DNA of 64,000 nt from Desulfatiglandales bacterium (GCA_963667015.2 CAXXJJ010000001.1:224001-288000), one strand, 5' to 3'; positions 48,886-60,405 are shown, counted from the stretch's first letter. The notes: generated by a model not told the origin, from the sequence alone. Numbers and translations: made by a program.

Positions 48886-49407
48886 TTATTCCAGCCTTTT
48901 AAACACGTACTTTACAGCCATATCACCATAGCCCATCTTGCCGTCAGATGAAGGTTTTATACTCCCCATTCCGGGCATTTTCATTTTATCGTACTGGGGC
49001 TCCAGAATCAGGGTATTATCGTCTTCCATGGAACACTTGAAGGTCATTGTTCCCTTAAAGGGAAATGCAGTTAATACATGATGTACGACTATTTCTTTTC
49101 CGTCAAATTCATATGTACCGGCATCAGCCGCAAATGAGCGGTTAGCCTGTGGACCGGATTCACCAGGCGCCTTTTTTTCCGTTAAATCACGGATGGCGCT
49201 GTAGTGTTTTTTCATTATGAATATCATGAACTCAGCGTCATCTCTGTTCCTTCTGTTTTCTCCGACTCCCACATCCATGTTGTCGAGTGCCCATGCACCC
49301 TGGATTTTTTTTGCATCAGCTTTAAACGCCTTTTTTGACTCTCCTGCACCGGCAGTTGAAAAAGAAAAAACAATCAATAGAAATAAAATAAACATATAGC
49401 GTTTCAT
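48886..49407 (-). CDS. Exported lipocalin-like hypothetical protein
   Basis: Signal peptide; IQGAW.L...GTYE...YVFKRLE. Confidence 0.6.
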   Translation of the reverse strand: MKRYMFILFLLIVFSFSTAGAGESKKAFKADAKKIQGAWALDNMDVGVGENRRNRDDAEFMIFIMKKHYSAIRDLTEKKAPGESGPQANRSFAADAGTYEFDGKEIVVHHVLTAFPFKGTMTFKCSMEDDNTLILEPQYDKMKMPGMGSIKPSSDGKMGYGDMAVKYVFKRLE

Positions 49408-49556
49408 TATTTTCCTCCCTTCTTTTACAAATATTAAAATGGATTAATAGAAAAAGATTATGATTCCTTACTACATACACCTTAATCAAATCAGAAGGAA
49501 GGATTTTTTTTAAAGAAAGGCTTTGGTCAAAGCACGTATCTGATCAATATCAGGCC

Positions 49557-52121
49557 TCAAACCAAAGTCACTGCGGTGTTATAGACAAGATGGAGGGCAA
49601 CAGAGGTCCCAAGGTTTCCGGTTTTCTTGAACATAATCGCACTGGCAATACCCAGCAGCCCTACCGGTATCCATGCAACAGGCGGGTGATAGATGGCAAA
49701 AAAGGCGGCACTCCCGAGAACGGCACGCCAGCCTCCCCACTCTCTATCAAGTGCCCTGTATAGAAGCCCCCTGAAAAGATACTCCTCTGCAAAGGGAGCA
49801 ATACATATAGCCATGAATGCATAGATGGTTCTTATATTAGCACTTTTTGCGAGCTGAGCCTGGGACTTTTCCAGTATTTCAGCGGCTTCAGGAAAGTGTT
49901 GAAGGATTGCAATGTATCCCATACCAAACAGGCCAAGTATAAGCCCTGCTGCGGCTCCCGGGAGAAAATCCTTTATAATTCTGCTCAGGTTTTTTTTAAA
50001 CTGGTTTAATGGTGATCCTGTTTTTATCAGCGGTGGCTGTCCCCAGAAAATAATGTCTTTCAGTAATACACCCCGCTCTTCTAAAAAGGTCGCGACCCCG
50101 AAGGATACCCCCCCTGCACATATTGTATATGAAAATGCCCTTGCTATTATTATACTGTCAGGGCCAAAGATACTGAATGGTATCGAGATAACCGCTGTTG
50201 CTTCAACCATAATGGTAATTGCAATCATGGCATGCATAAGTGTCGGAGGTGGCGGGACTTCTTCGGACCATGGGTCATAGAGATAGGGCAGCCGGGCGCG
50301 GAAGTTCTGCCACATTGCAGCAGCCGTAAGGTACGAGAAAACAATGCCTATAATGGCGAGATGCCACTGGCGGGTAATAATCCCAATTGAAAAGGTCAGC
50401 ATGCCCAGGCTTGTGGCCCAGCGGCGGCCGAAGGGAATTTTTTCCTGTTCCCCTGACGATGATGTCACAGTAACAAGTGTAACCGATTTTTCAGCCATGC
50501 TCCTGCTGAACAGGTACCAGCCAGTTCCCACAAGGGCGATTTTCCAGATACTCTCTGGAAATACGTATATGGCGTACAGCATAATCAGCCCTACTATTGC
50601 CGATGATATCAGGGACCAGAGCCATGCCTTGGCCTTTAGCAGGCTTTCCAGCCCTCTTGGCCAGGTGAGCGAAATCCACAAGGCCTGACCTTCAGATGTC
50701 AGTGATCTGGGACCAAGAACCCACAGGAAATATGTCCCGATAAGGATTGCTATACCGCAAAGAAAATTCCAGGAATCATGGGCATGTTTTAACAAAAAAC
50801 GAAAATTAAAGGCCTGAGCTGCCGCTATGGTAACGGGTATAAGGATTGCCTGAACAATCGCACCGCGGTCCCTGATAAACCATAAAAATTCCTTCCTGTA
50901 AAGCGGATCCTTGCCAAAACGAAGGGCTTTTGTTTTTGCACCAGAAGGTGCTGTGTTGGCCGAAGCGTTGTTGCTGACAAGACCTTTTTGCGCTGCCCAT
51001 ATGCTGAACCATATGGCTCCGGCAATAGTAATTACAGATCCTGCCAGGCATGTAACCATTCCGGCTGAAAAAGAAAATGAACCATCTACCCTTCCCCCTA
51101 AAAAAAGATGCAGCCACGGCCATGGCATGTTTAAAATTGTTTCCGGCAGTCCTGCAAAAACAGGTAATATTTTTTTTATAAACATCATTAAGAAAATCAG
51201 TATCATGGATAGATATCCAACCCAGCTCATAAGTCCGATCATAGCGCCACGGGATCGGGGTGAAAATCTTAACATGACAGCGATTTCGAAGGCCTTTCCC
51301 AGACATGCAAGGGCAATGGACATTGGCACACCTATTATAAATGCAGCAAAAACACCTGCTCCAAAACTGTATACGGTGGCATATAAAAATCCCACGAACA
51401 GAGGGGCACTCCAGTATATGGGGTTTGCAGCGACAGGGGCCAGCATTTCAGCCAGAAAGATTGCGCCATGGGGGGCAGGATGAGAGAACAGCCATTCCCA
51501 CATGGGGTGTTTTCTGCGCTGTGTGTCCAGTTCAAGTCCTTCACCCTGGAAAACCAGCATTAAAATCCATAAAATGAGAACCAGTGATCCGATCATCTGT
51601 GGAAGCGTACCTGTTCCAAGTGCCCTAAGTCCAGGCGCAGCCTCCTGTATACTCACAAGATCACGGGGTCCGTGAGATAGAATTTCCTGCCTGAGCCTTT
51701 GTTCTATTACTTTTTCTGATTCACTGTTCCACTTGGATATTCTGTGAGCTTCAGACTGGTAGAGTTTTTTATCAATAGCGTTTTCTAATGATAACTGGGT
51801 GAAGTCATGGTTTGCTTCCTTTTGTTTAACTGTATTCAGAAAACGACTGCTGACAACAATCCTGCCATGTGATTCCACCTCTATGCACTGGGCGGATTTT
51901 ACTGTCATATTTATTGAAAAGGCTGCCAGGGCATTTAGAAAGGCGAAAAACAAAACCGCCATAACAAAACCGAATGAACTCCAGTCAATTGCCTTATCAG
52001 ATGCCCTGCTGCGTAATAACTGTTTCTGACGGCGTCTTCGTCCTGCAGCGCGCGTCCGGGCTGCTTTAAGAAGTATCAGGACCGTTTTTATAAAACCGGT
52101 GGATGATTGGGCGTTACTCAT
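49557..52121 (-). CDS. ABC-type permease fused to a C-terminal CPBP protease domain
   Basis: Many TM helices, KEF...RD; C-terminal APFAEEYLFRG, FAIYH and LH..YN. Confidence 0.8.
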   Translation of the reverse strand: MSNAQSSTGFIKTVLILLKAARTRAAGRRRRQKQLLRSRASDKAIDWSSFGFVMAVLFFAFLNALAAFSINMTVKSAQCIEVESHGRIVVSSRFLNTVKQKEANHDFTQLSLENAIDKKLYQSEAHRISKWNSESEKVIEQRLRQEILSHGPRDLVSIQEAAPGLRALGTGTLPQMIGSLVLILWILMLVFQGEGLELDTQRRKHPMWEWLFSHPAPHGAIFLAEMLAPVAANPIYWSAPLFVGFLYATVYSFGAGVFAAFIIGVPMSIALACLGKAFEIAVMLRFSPRSRGAMIGLMSWVGYLSMILIFLMMFIKKILPVFAGLPETILNMPWPWLHLFLGGRVDGSFSFSAGMVTCLAGSVITIAGAIWFSIWAAQKGLVSNNASANTAPSGAKTKALRFGKDPLYRKEFLWFIRDRGAIVQAILIPVTIAAAQAFNFRFLLKHAHDSWNFLCGIAILIGTYFLWVLGPRSLTSEGQALWISLTWPRGLESLLKAKAWLWSLISSAIVGLIMLYAIYVFPESIWKIALVGTGWYLFSRSMAEKSVTLVTVTSSSGEQEKIPFGRRWATSLGMLTFSIGIITRQWHLAIIGIVFSYLTAAAMWQNFRARLPYLYDPWSEEVPPPPTLMHAMIAITIMVEATAVISIPFSIFGPDSIIIARAFSYTICAGGVSFGVATFLEERGVLLKDIIFWGQPPLIKTGSPLNQFKKNLSRIIKDFLPGAAAGLILGLFGMGYIAILQHFPEAAEILEKSQAQLAKSANIRTIYAFMAICIAPFAEEYLFRGLLYRALDREWGGWRAVLGSAAFFAIYHPPVAWIPVGLLGIASAIMFKKTGNLGTSVALHLVYNTAVTLV

Positions 52122-52956
52122 GGGAATGAATTTGCCTTGCAGTCAGTTTAAGAAAAATGTCTTCAAGGCTCTCCATACCGGAATCGAATCGTAATTGTTC
52201 CAGTGATCCTTTTGTAACCAGTTTTCCATGGTTGATAATAACAGTATGAGAACACAGCCTTGTTACCTGATCCAGAAGGTGGGTTGAAAAAAGGATGGTT
52301 GTACCCTGACGGCTGATCTCCTTGATAAGATCATAAAAAAGATGTGTGGATTCAACATCGAGCCCGTTGGTCGGCTCATCAAGCACAAGCAGCTTTGGCT
52401 CGTGCAGCAGAGCAAGAAGCAGCCCGAGCTTTTTTTTCATTCCCCGTGAATATTCTTCGGCATAGTTGTGGATTTCATCCTTAAGGCGCAGGTTTTCTAT
52501 AAGCGGATCAATCCTTGACATTGTCTGCCCTACATCAAGACCATGCATTGCTGCGCTGAGCGCCAGGACCTCGCTGCCTGACATATAGGAATAAAAAACC
52601 GGTTCGTCAGGTAAAAAACCTATGAGTCTTTTAACTTCTACGCGATCATCAAAGGCATCCAACCCGTCAACAGTCAGCTTCCCTTTTGTTGCCTTGAGGA
52701 TACCCATAATGAGCCTGAAAAGGGTCGTTTTCCCGGCGCCATTGGGCCCGAGAAGGCCGCAGATCTGACCTGGCGGGACAGAAAAGGAGATATCTTCCAG
52801 TGCTGTTTTTTCTCCAAAGGTTTTTGTAATTCCATGTATTTCGACAAGGGGCTGTAACCTGCCTGCCGAATCTTCCTTATTTACAGGCATTGATTCATAT
52901 TCAGTTTGAGCATAAGCTTCGGACATTGTAAATAACCTGATAAAGATAAAAAGCAA
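52114..52956 (-). CDS. ABC transporter ATP-binding protein
   Basis: GPNGAGKTT, YSRGMKKK and LDEPT. Confidence 0.95.
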   Translation of the reverse strand: MLFIFIRLFTMSEAYAQTEYESMPVNKEDSAGRLQPLVEIHGITKTFGEKTALEDISFSVPPGQICGLLGPNGAGKTTLFRLIMGILKATKGKLTVDGLDAFDDRVEVKRLIGFLPDEPVFYSYMSGSEVLALSAAMHGLDVGQTMSRIDPLIENLRLKDEIHNYAEEYSRGMKKKLGLLLALLHEPKLLVLDEPTNGLDVESTHLFYDLIKEISRQGTTILFSTHLLDQVTRLCSHTVIINHGKLVTKGSLEQLRFDSGMESLEDIFLKLTARQIHSHE

Positions 52957-53230
52957 TGTTTATCAACAAGAACACAAAAGTCTTTCTTAAAAATCACATC
53001 AATGAATTGAAATCAAAAATCTAGAAAACCCGGATGGAAAAATAAAACATTATGAAGATGATATTGCCTGGAGATATTAGTGTGACATCACTGTATTGTC
53101 AAGTTTCCTGTAAATGGAGGAAGGCTCCATCATGCCCCTCACCACCGGCCTTAGCTATAGCTTTTGCCTGGCAGGCAAGGGGGAGGGGTCCGGGAATATC
53201 TATCGTCTTATATAGAACAGCAATTGAAAA

Positions 53231-53665
53231 TTATTTTTCCTCATCTTTAATATAAAGTTTTCCCGGCACAGTAGTGAAATGAAATATAGGCCGGTCAACC
53301 CTTTTAAGTATCAGGGGGCAGTGTTTCATGTGGGCCGGCACAAACAGCATGGCGCTCTTTGTGATAATATGCCTTTCATCCTCAAGCCATATCTCTATTT
53401 CTCCGCCCAGATCGTAGGGATCATCAGGGTTGATCCCGAAAAATCCGATGATCTCGTCAGCATCATGGACATGGGGCACATCTTCAAGGGTTTCGGCAGC
53501 CTTAAGGTACCATGCGGTATTCATATGAAAGGCTCCTTCAACAACATTCTCATCCATCCACAGGACCCTCTTTGCATACTTTGAATAGTCCGCTTCTATG
53601 CTTTTCTTTTCTTCAGGAACCTTAAGGTCGGTTACAATATATTTTCCATATTTTGTGTCGCTCAT
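53231..53665 (-). CDS. Cupin-like protein
   Basis: PH.HD.DE...HCPL. Confidence 0.7.
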   Translation of the reverse strand: MSDTKYGKYIVTDLKVPEEKKSIEADYSKYAKRVLWMDENVVEGAFHMNTAWYLKAAETLEDVPHVHDADEIIGFFGINPDDPYDLGGEIEIWLEDERHIITKSAMLFVPAHMKHCPLILKRVDRPIFHFTTVPGKLYIKDEEK

Positions 53666-55167
53666 TTGTTATCCTTCTCTTCTTTTTCTCTTCCCTGTGT
53701 TCCTCCCAGGGTCCATACTGCCGCTCCTTTGCTGATACCAAAATCAGGACGGGAGCCATCCGCAGCAGGAATTGTAAACATGTAATTAGGGCCGGCGTCC
53801 ACCGGCGATTCCCGTGGTTTTTCAAGCTGAGGCACCCATTCATAGGGCATGCGGTAAGAACGGTAGACAAGTGTTCGGGTCATCGGCATATCAGTATCCC
53901 ACAGGTATGGATTCATGTATTCCCATACGATCTCATAATCCCGGGTGATCTCTATGATACGCCCCTGTGCGCCCTCTGTAATCAGAGTGTTTCCGTTGGG
54001 CAGCCGCTGAGCAGAAGAGACATTTACACTGTATAATTTATGTCCGTATACTGCATCGGGTTTTCTGGAAGAATTGGGAGAGTATTCCCACACAATCTCC
54101 TTTGTAACCGGATTAAATTCAACCACCCTGGAATAATCCCTGCGCATGACGCCTATACCATCCGGGGCAGAATCGGTGGGAGCCCCGTAACCTGAATTGC
54201 CCCCGTTATCAAAAACCATAATATTGCCTGCTCCGGGCAGTCCTTTGGGGATCATGTGTGTGTGGTGAATACCTATCATCCATCCGAGTTTTTTGTCATC
54301 TCCTTCTCTGTAATAGGGCCCTGCACGCCATACAATTTTGCCGCTTTTGTGCTCTATAATTGCAAGGAGTCCTGCTTCACGGCTGTCTATTATGATGTTG
54401 TCGGGATGGAACCTCTTATCTCCGCTGTCATACCATTTGTTGGGGCCAAGGTAGGATGCACAGTTTTCATGAAACCAGTCAAATCCATCCCCTTCACTCA
54501 TGGCCTTACGCTTATATGTCTGCATGGCCTTTAATGCGGCATCATCAAAACCCATTTCATCAAGATGCTCTGATGCCTTCCAGGTCCAGGTGATCTTTCC
54601 GGTTGCAATATCCACTTCATAAAGTGCATCATCAATCAGCTGAACTTCTTTATTTATCTTTTCATTCTTTACATTGTAATGGGCAAGGGCAAGGACAGTC
54701 CCTTTTTTCGTGTCCACAGGAGGGGCATCCGGTATGTAGTAACCCACAGGATTTCCCTTTAGCTGGAGGTCATGATGCTGCCTTGAAATCCACATGGTTC
54801 CGTCGCCTTCATTGGCCTTTCCCTCCACCCATTTATCGAATCCCCACAGGACATTATCATCGAAATCCCTGATCTGAATCTGTATGGCGTCCTGCCTTCC
54901 ATGTTTCCATGGGGAAGTTGCAGATAACAGATAGCCCCCGGGATATACCTTGTTGGGATGATGGAGTTTTCCTTTCCATAGGTGAACCAGGTTGCCGTTC
55001 ATATCAATAAGCAGACCTTTATCAGCAGAAAGTATAGTAAAACCATTCCAGCATTTATCAGGTTTGTAGATAGTTGTTCCAAGCGGATAGACGCTCGGGT
55101 GGGCATGGATGACAACCGGAACAAAAAACATGAGAGCAAGAGCAAGATATCCTGTAATACGTTTCAT
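53662..55167 (-). CDS. Arylsulfate sulfotransferase (ASST) family protein, exported
   Basis: QHHD, WFHEN, HH.H.IP.GLPGAGNI.VFDNG and SSAQRLPNGNTLITEG. Confidence 0.85.
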   Translation of the reverse strand: MKRITGYLALALMFFVPVVIHAHPSVYPLGTTIYKPDKCWNGFTILSADKGLLIDMNGNLVHLWKGKLHHPNKVYPGGYLLSATSPWKHGRQDAIQIQIRDFDDNVLWGFDKWVEGKANEGDGTMWISRQHHDLQLKGNPVGYYIPDAPPVDTKKGTVLALAHYNVKNEKINKEVQLIDDALYEVDIATGKITWTWKASEHLDEMGFDDAALKAMQTYKRKAMSEGDGFDWFHENCASYLGPNKWYDSGDKRFHPDNIIIDSREAGLLAIIEHKSGKIVWRAGPYYREGDDKKLGWMIGIHHTHMIPKGLPGAGNIMVFDNGGNSGYGAPTDSAPDGIGVMRRDYSRVVEFNPVTKEIVWEYSPNSSRKPDAVYGHKLYSVNVSSAQRLPNGNTLITEGAQGRIIEITRDYEIVWEYMNPYLWDTDMPMTRTLVYRSYRMPYEWVPQLEKPRESPVDAGPNYMFTIPAADGSRPDFGISKGAAVWTLGGTQGREKEEKDNK

Positions 55168-55354
55168 TTACAGACCTCCCTGGACAAAAAAGTTAGCATG
55201 GCATATTAATCCGGGCTCTTTAAATTTTTATAAGAAGATTGTTGAGATAATGATAGATCCGCTTTTAAATGGCATCTAAGGCGGTGAAATGTCAAGATGA
55301 AAAAGTCCGGAAGGAATAAGCTTTTATCATTCCTTCCGGATTGATTATAAAGGA

Positions 55355-57097
55355 TTAATAACTCGCATAATTGGGGACGATGTTACTGTACTTTTTAACA
55401 AGACTGTCCCAGTTTTTGGGAAGGTTTATTTTTACAGTAACAAATTCGTTCTCAATGCCTCCCACGCTTCTAAGAAGGCCTGTCCATGCACCGGGTCCTC
55501 CGGCGACTATAATCATCAGGCTGTCTGTGTCCACTGCCTCAGGCGGTTTTGAGAGAATATCCTTTGCCTCTGTCTTGCCGCCCTGGCTCTCCCGGTATGC
55601 ATCCATGGGATTTTCTGACCCCTTCATCAGGAACTCCTTGAGGCTCTTCTTTGTCCACCCTTCACTTGCCAGGGTCTCTGCATGTGACGGAATAACAATA
55701 AAACATGACATGCTCCATGGATCCATATTCTTCATACCTTCGGCAATACCCTTTGCATCGGTTCCCAGCGGCACTGCCTGCAGGTAGTTATTGGGAAAAA
55801 ATACCGTAAGTGTATTGTCCTCTTTCCTGAATCCCCGTTCCACATGAAGAGGCTCCCATGGACTTTTCTCTTCGTCCTCACCTATAACCAGGGTATATTT
55901 CATGGGATTACCTATAACTCCCATGTCCTCAATTGCCTTACGGGCTCCGCCGATATTTTTTATAACCAAACCTATGGCACGTCCGATGGCTGCGTTTGCT
56001 ATGTCACCTGGGCTGAGAGCTCCGGAGCTGTAGTTGATATGGACCTGATCCCGTATGGGCCCATTGATGGCAAAGAAGGGGGCCCATGAACCGGTACTTA
56101 CCTCAAAGGTATCAAACCTCGTTTTCTGATCTGCCAGGGCCTCGATTGCTGCTATTATCACTGGCATATGGGTTGGAAGAGCTCCGGCCATTACTGCATT
56201 GACTGCTATTTTTTCAATGGTTGCCTTGCCCTTTCTCGGAATAACCTTTGCAACAACATGATCAGGAGGCAGGTCCGTTCCAAGCATCATTTCCTTAACC
56301 GCCTCTTCTGTCGGCGGCACGATGGGCAGGCCGTCTGTCCAGCCGTTCCTGTAAAAGAACATGTTTACATCTTTATAGCTGCCCTTGAATGCAATCCTTG
56401 GAGGCTGTTCCGTTGACCATTTTGGTGCCTTTTCATGTTCGGTCAATGGTTTTGTTAACGCCTCAACAATAGCGGGCATTGCCTCGGCCGTACCGGCATC
56501 AATATCTTCAGGGACAGTTGATTCACATTCCACATTCAATGGCAGGCTTCTTAAAACAGGCATGCCCTTGTTGGATGAGGCGGACTGTGCATCCTTTAAA
56601 AACCCGGGATTCACCAGTAACACGACTGGTGTTCCAAGCTCCTCGATCGACATTCCGTTGTAGACGAGAAACTTGGTGCAGGAACCTCAATCCCCTACCA
56701 TGAGAATAACAGCATCATTACCTTCTACCCATTTTTTAAAGGTCTCGCTCTTTTCGGTTTCTATTTCGGTAGCATTCCACTTATCAGAATGATAAATGCT
56801 GAACTGTGATTCAGGATAAGCTGATTCCAGCTTCTCCTTAAGTGATACGGCTATTGGAATAGCTGCACGTTTGTAGTTGGCAAAAAGGCCGATTTTTTTC
56901 CCTGAAAGATTTTGCAGTCTCTCCGAAATTCCCTTAAGCGGCCTGGGGTCAGCTTCTCCCCAGGGACTAAGGGCTTCGTATTGAACTGCGGATTTAATAC
57001 CGGATGAATCTTTTCCAGAGTCGACACAGGCTGACAACCAAAATAAGGCCGGTATGGCAAAGATCCCCATCATTCGTAAAAAACGGAATCTGTGCAT
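55355..57097 (-). CDS. UGSC-family selenoprotein 1 (lipoprotein; Sec at TGA 56687-56689)
   Basis: Reading through the TGA gives VGD-U-GSC-TKFLVYNG-MSIEELG, in frame with 55355-56653; lipobox LSAC. Confidence 0.88.
56634..56676 (-). promoter_or_regulatory. SECIS-like hairpin
   Basis: Starts 10 nt after the UGA: CCAAGUUUCUCG/CGAGGAGCUUGG 12-bp stem with an apical ACGGAA loop. Confidence 0.7.
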
Positions 57098-57367
57098 AGG
57101 TTCCCCCCTTTCAATCATTAAAAGGTTTAAAGATTTTATAACAGTGAATCATAAATTATATATCTTTTATATATTAATGGAGTTTAGAAAATTAAAAGAA
57201 TTGTGTCAATGATAGGGATTGTTATATCGCAGATTGATTGATGAGTTGAATGGTTCCTTTTCTTCATCCTCCCTGCGCCTCAATTCCGCTCTTTACTGTA
57301 ACTGCTTTCCGGGTGCCACAGGAGAAGGTAGCCGGGTAATCCCCTTTCAAAGGGATGGCCTGGAAAG

Positions 57368-57404
57368 AAAAAACCGTGACCCCTTTATCAGGTTCACGGT
57401 TTTT
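57368..57404 (-). terminator. Intrinsic terminator
   Basis: AAAAAACCGTGA...TCACGGTTTT downstream of selenoprotein 2. Confidence 0.55.
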
Positions 57405-57456
57405 ATCTTTAGAACCGGTATCTATACCGGTTGATGATCAGATCAGGACTGATTAA

Positions 57457-59187
57457 TTACCTCCAGTCATCAATTTTGATACTGCGGCCGGCACGCATAC
57501 CGCCTGCGCTCCAGTAGTTATTATTACTTGCACCGGTGACAATAACAGGAATGCTTTCCATGTTACCCATTGACGGCATTTTCGGCATAGGTTTTCTTGG
57601 AGGTGCGTCGCCTCCTGCAGCTGGTTTCGGTTTCATCTTTGCAAAACCGCCAAAGGACGGAGCCGGCGCTATAAACTTTTGAAGGTCTGCAATAGTGTCA
57701 TAATCCTGTTTTACAAAATTGGCGATCGGAGGGCTCAATACAAAAATTGTTCCGAATAAAAAACCCTGCTGCGCTGCAATATCCTTCATAATCTGGGGGT
57801 AATTCATCTCTTTGCCCCAGGAGTTTGCAGCCCAGTTTGCCGCTGAGAGAATTCCCCATCCTGTAAAGAGGGTAGCCACATTCTCACCCTTTTCAAAACC
57901 CCTTCGAACTGAAAAGGGTTGGAACGGGGATTTTTCTTCGTTCTCGGCAATAACTATGTTGATCAGGTTCCCGTGATTTCCAATAACACCCATGTAGGTC
58001 GTGCCAACTTTTCCATTATTTCCGACATTAATAGATGCGAGGCTCCATGCCCTTCCAATAGTTGTATTTGCATGGGCAAAGGGACCTACTGCACCAACAT
58101 CATAATTAAGACCGATTTCATCCCGAATATTACCATTGATGACAACTGCACTCATAAAGCCGTTATCAGAAATAGATATTGCTTCCATTGAGATACCGGT
58201 ATTTGGATCACCCGACAACATTGCCAGAAGTACCGGCATATATTCCGGTTTACATCCAGCCATTACCGCGTTCACTGCTACATCTCTAACTGTAAAAGTC
58301 CAGAATTCAAAGTAATGTCCTGTATTGGTAGGTGACATTTTGCCGACGACTTTATCTGGATCATGACTTGTTCCCATCAACATTTCATCTACTCTTTCTT
58401 TTGTTGGAAGGACAATAGGAAGAAAATCTGTAAATCTTTTATCCAGAAATAATTTATGCAGTTCGTCTCGTGTTCCAGTATAGGTCTCGGGCCCTCTGTC
58501 CCGTTTGATTTCGCCTGTTTTTTGCTCTTCAGCGGTTAAAGGTTTTGTAAATTTTTCAACAATCTCCTTCATTACAGGTTGGCCTGAAATCGGGTTATTA
58601 CCGTTAATTACATCCCTGCGTAACTGCTCACGTGTTTTTGCCCAGACCGGTCCCTGTATCCATTGAGTCCTTATTCCAGGCATACCACACTGTAATGCCT
58701 TATCCATCTCCTGTTCGTAAAACTCTGAAATTACGACAGGAACAGCAGGGATACCCATATTTGCTTCAAAATTGATTGAGTGCTCGACAACTGCCGGCGC
58801 GCACTGGCTTCAATGGCCGAGGGCGATGATTATGCCATCTGCCTTTTCCTTTATCTCTGCCCATAATGCCGGGTCTTCTGCCTCAAATCCTCCACCGCCT
58901 TTTCTTTTATAGAGGACATTAGTCTTGGGGTGGTTTGCCTTGAACCAGTCGATCATTTCATACAGAAGATTATCTCCCCCTATAAAGCCGTCATCGACAA
59001 AATAGATGGTCTTTCCATCAAGGGTGTCAAGACGAGTAGCCATTTTTTTTAACTTGATATTTGGCGGATGCCCAAGTGGAGTCAGCACCGTTATTTTTTC
59101 TTCAGCCGATGCTGTCTGAACCTGAATGCCCAGGAAAAGTCCCAGGCATAGCGCTGCAATCAAAGCAGCCGATAAACTCTTCTTCAT
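57457..59187 (-). CDS. UGSC-family selenoprotein 2 (signal peptide; Sec at TGA 58810-58812)
   Basis: Read-through gives LGH-U-SQC-APAVVEHSINFEAN-MGIPAV, in frame with 57457-58758; paralogous to selenoprotein 1. Confidence 0.85.
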
Positions 59188-59907
59188 ACTAAAGCCTCCT
59201 TTAAAAAATTAATAGTTAATTCTCGGTCAACGATTAATTGTACCATCCCGTCTCCGGGAAATGCTTTCCCCGCCAGTCCCGTGGTTTCACGGGTTATTTT
59301 AAGGTATTTAAACCCTGATATATGGCATGGTCTGCAAATGATGGTTTAATAAAAAAGCCCGTTTAGGCTCCCGGGCAAAAACGAACTAACCAGCCGCAAG
59401 CAGCAGGATATCAACCCAGGAAAAAATCTATTTAATTATCGCAAATAGCGAGATACTAGACTCTGCGCTTTACAATAAAGTTGCTATTATATTTCTTAAA
59501 ACATAGGCGACAATTTTATTTTAGCTTCGAATTTTTGTCAATGTTCAGGTTTCATATTTAATTGTTTATTTTTGGACAATTTTATCACTTTTTTAATACA
59601 TACGGCCATAACTGAATAATACCTCTTTTAAAAAAATCTACGGCAAAATTATGGATTCCGTGCAATTATCTTTTTTAAAATCAAACAGAAAATATGACTT
59701 TTGATATGAAATTAATGGGTTATAAAGCTTCCGACACGCTGGAATCAGATATTTTAAATATATAAGCAGCGATCAGCATCAGCTAAAACCCCGTTTTAAA
59801 GGCATTTTGCTGAAAGCCGAACGCTCACAGCTGACCGAGTCCATTCAAAAAGAGCCGTTTATTGATGGGCTAAAACCGTTTGTGTGTTTTTAAAATGAGG
59901 TAAAAGC

Positions 59908-59940
59908 AAAACAGGGCGAATTTAAATTCGCCCTGTTTTT
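59908..59940 (-). terminator. Intrinsic terminator
   Basis: AAAACAGGGCGAAT/ATTCGCCCTGTTTT just after the stop at 59947. Confidence 0.7.
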
Positions 59941-59946
59941 CAATAA

Positions 59947-60405
59947 CTATTTCAGCTTTTTAGCAACTACTTTCATAGGAGGCATTCCGCCACCGCCACC
60001 GGGGCCGCCGCCCATGCCGCCTTCAAAACCCATAGAAAAAGTAATCTGATCACCTTCAATAGTCCCATCCCACTTGATTGTCATCTCATTTCCCTGCATT
60101 CCCTGTGTTTTATAGGAAAAAGAAAGTTTGTTGCCCTCAATCTTGCCATCGGTAAACTCATTTGCAGTGTCACCAAACGAACTCTTTACAGATCCGCTCA
60201 GCTTGGTGCCGTTTTGTTTTAAGTTATAGGTAAACTTCATGGGGGGCATACCGCCGCCACCGGGGCCACCGCCACCAGGGCCACCACCGGGACCGCCCTC
60301 CATTTTCATCTCGCCTTCATAAGTTCCTGTTATATCAGCGGCAAATGATGGGACGGCAAAAAGACAAAAAGCTGCTACTAAAAAAACGATCATTTTTAAA
60401 CGCAT
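59947..60405 (-). CDS. Exported beta-rich protein with Gly/Pro-rich loops
   Basis: Signal peptide, ADITGTY and GGPGGG repeats. Confidence 0.7.
   Translation of the reverse strand: MRLKMIVFLVAAFCLFAVPSFAADITGTYEGEMKMEGGPGGGPGGGGPGGGGMPPMKFTYNLKQNGTKLSGSVKSSFGDTANEFTDGKIEGNKLSFSYKTQGMQGNEMTIKWDGTIEGDQITFSMGFEGGMGGGPGGGGGMPPMKVVAKKLK

Noticed and set aside
53139..53190. CCCCTC...GAGGGG hairpin as an RNA gene
   Set aside because: Looks like a generic intergenic palindrome or terminator; single copy in the window
59190..59900. Riboswitch or ncRNA upstream of selenoprotein 2
   Set aside because: Several small hairpins are present, but I could not match any known aptamer consensus; needs an Rfam search
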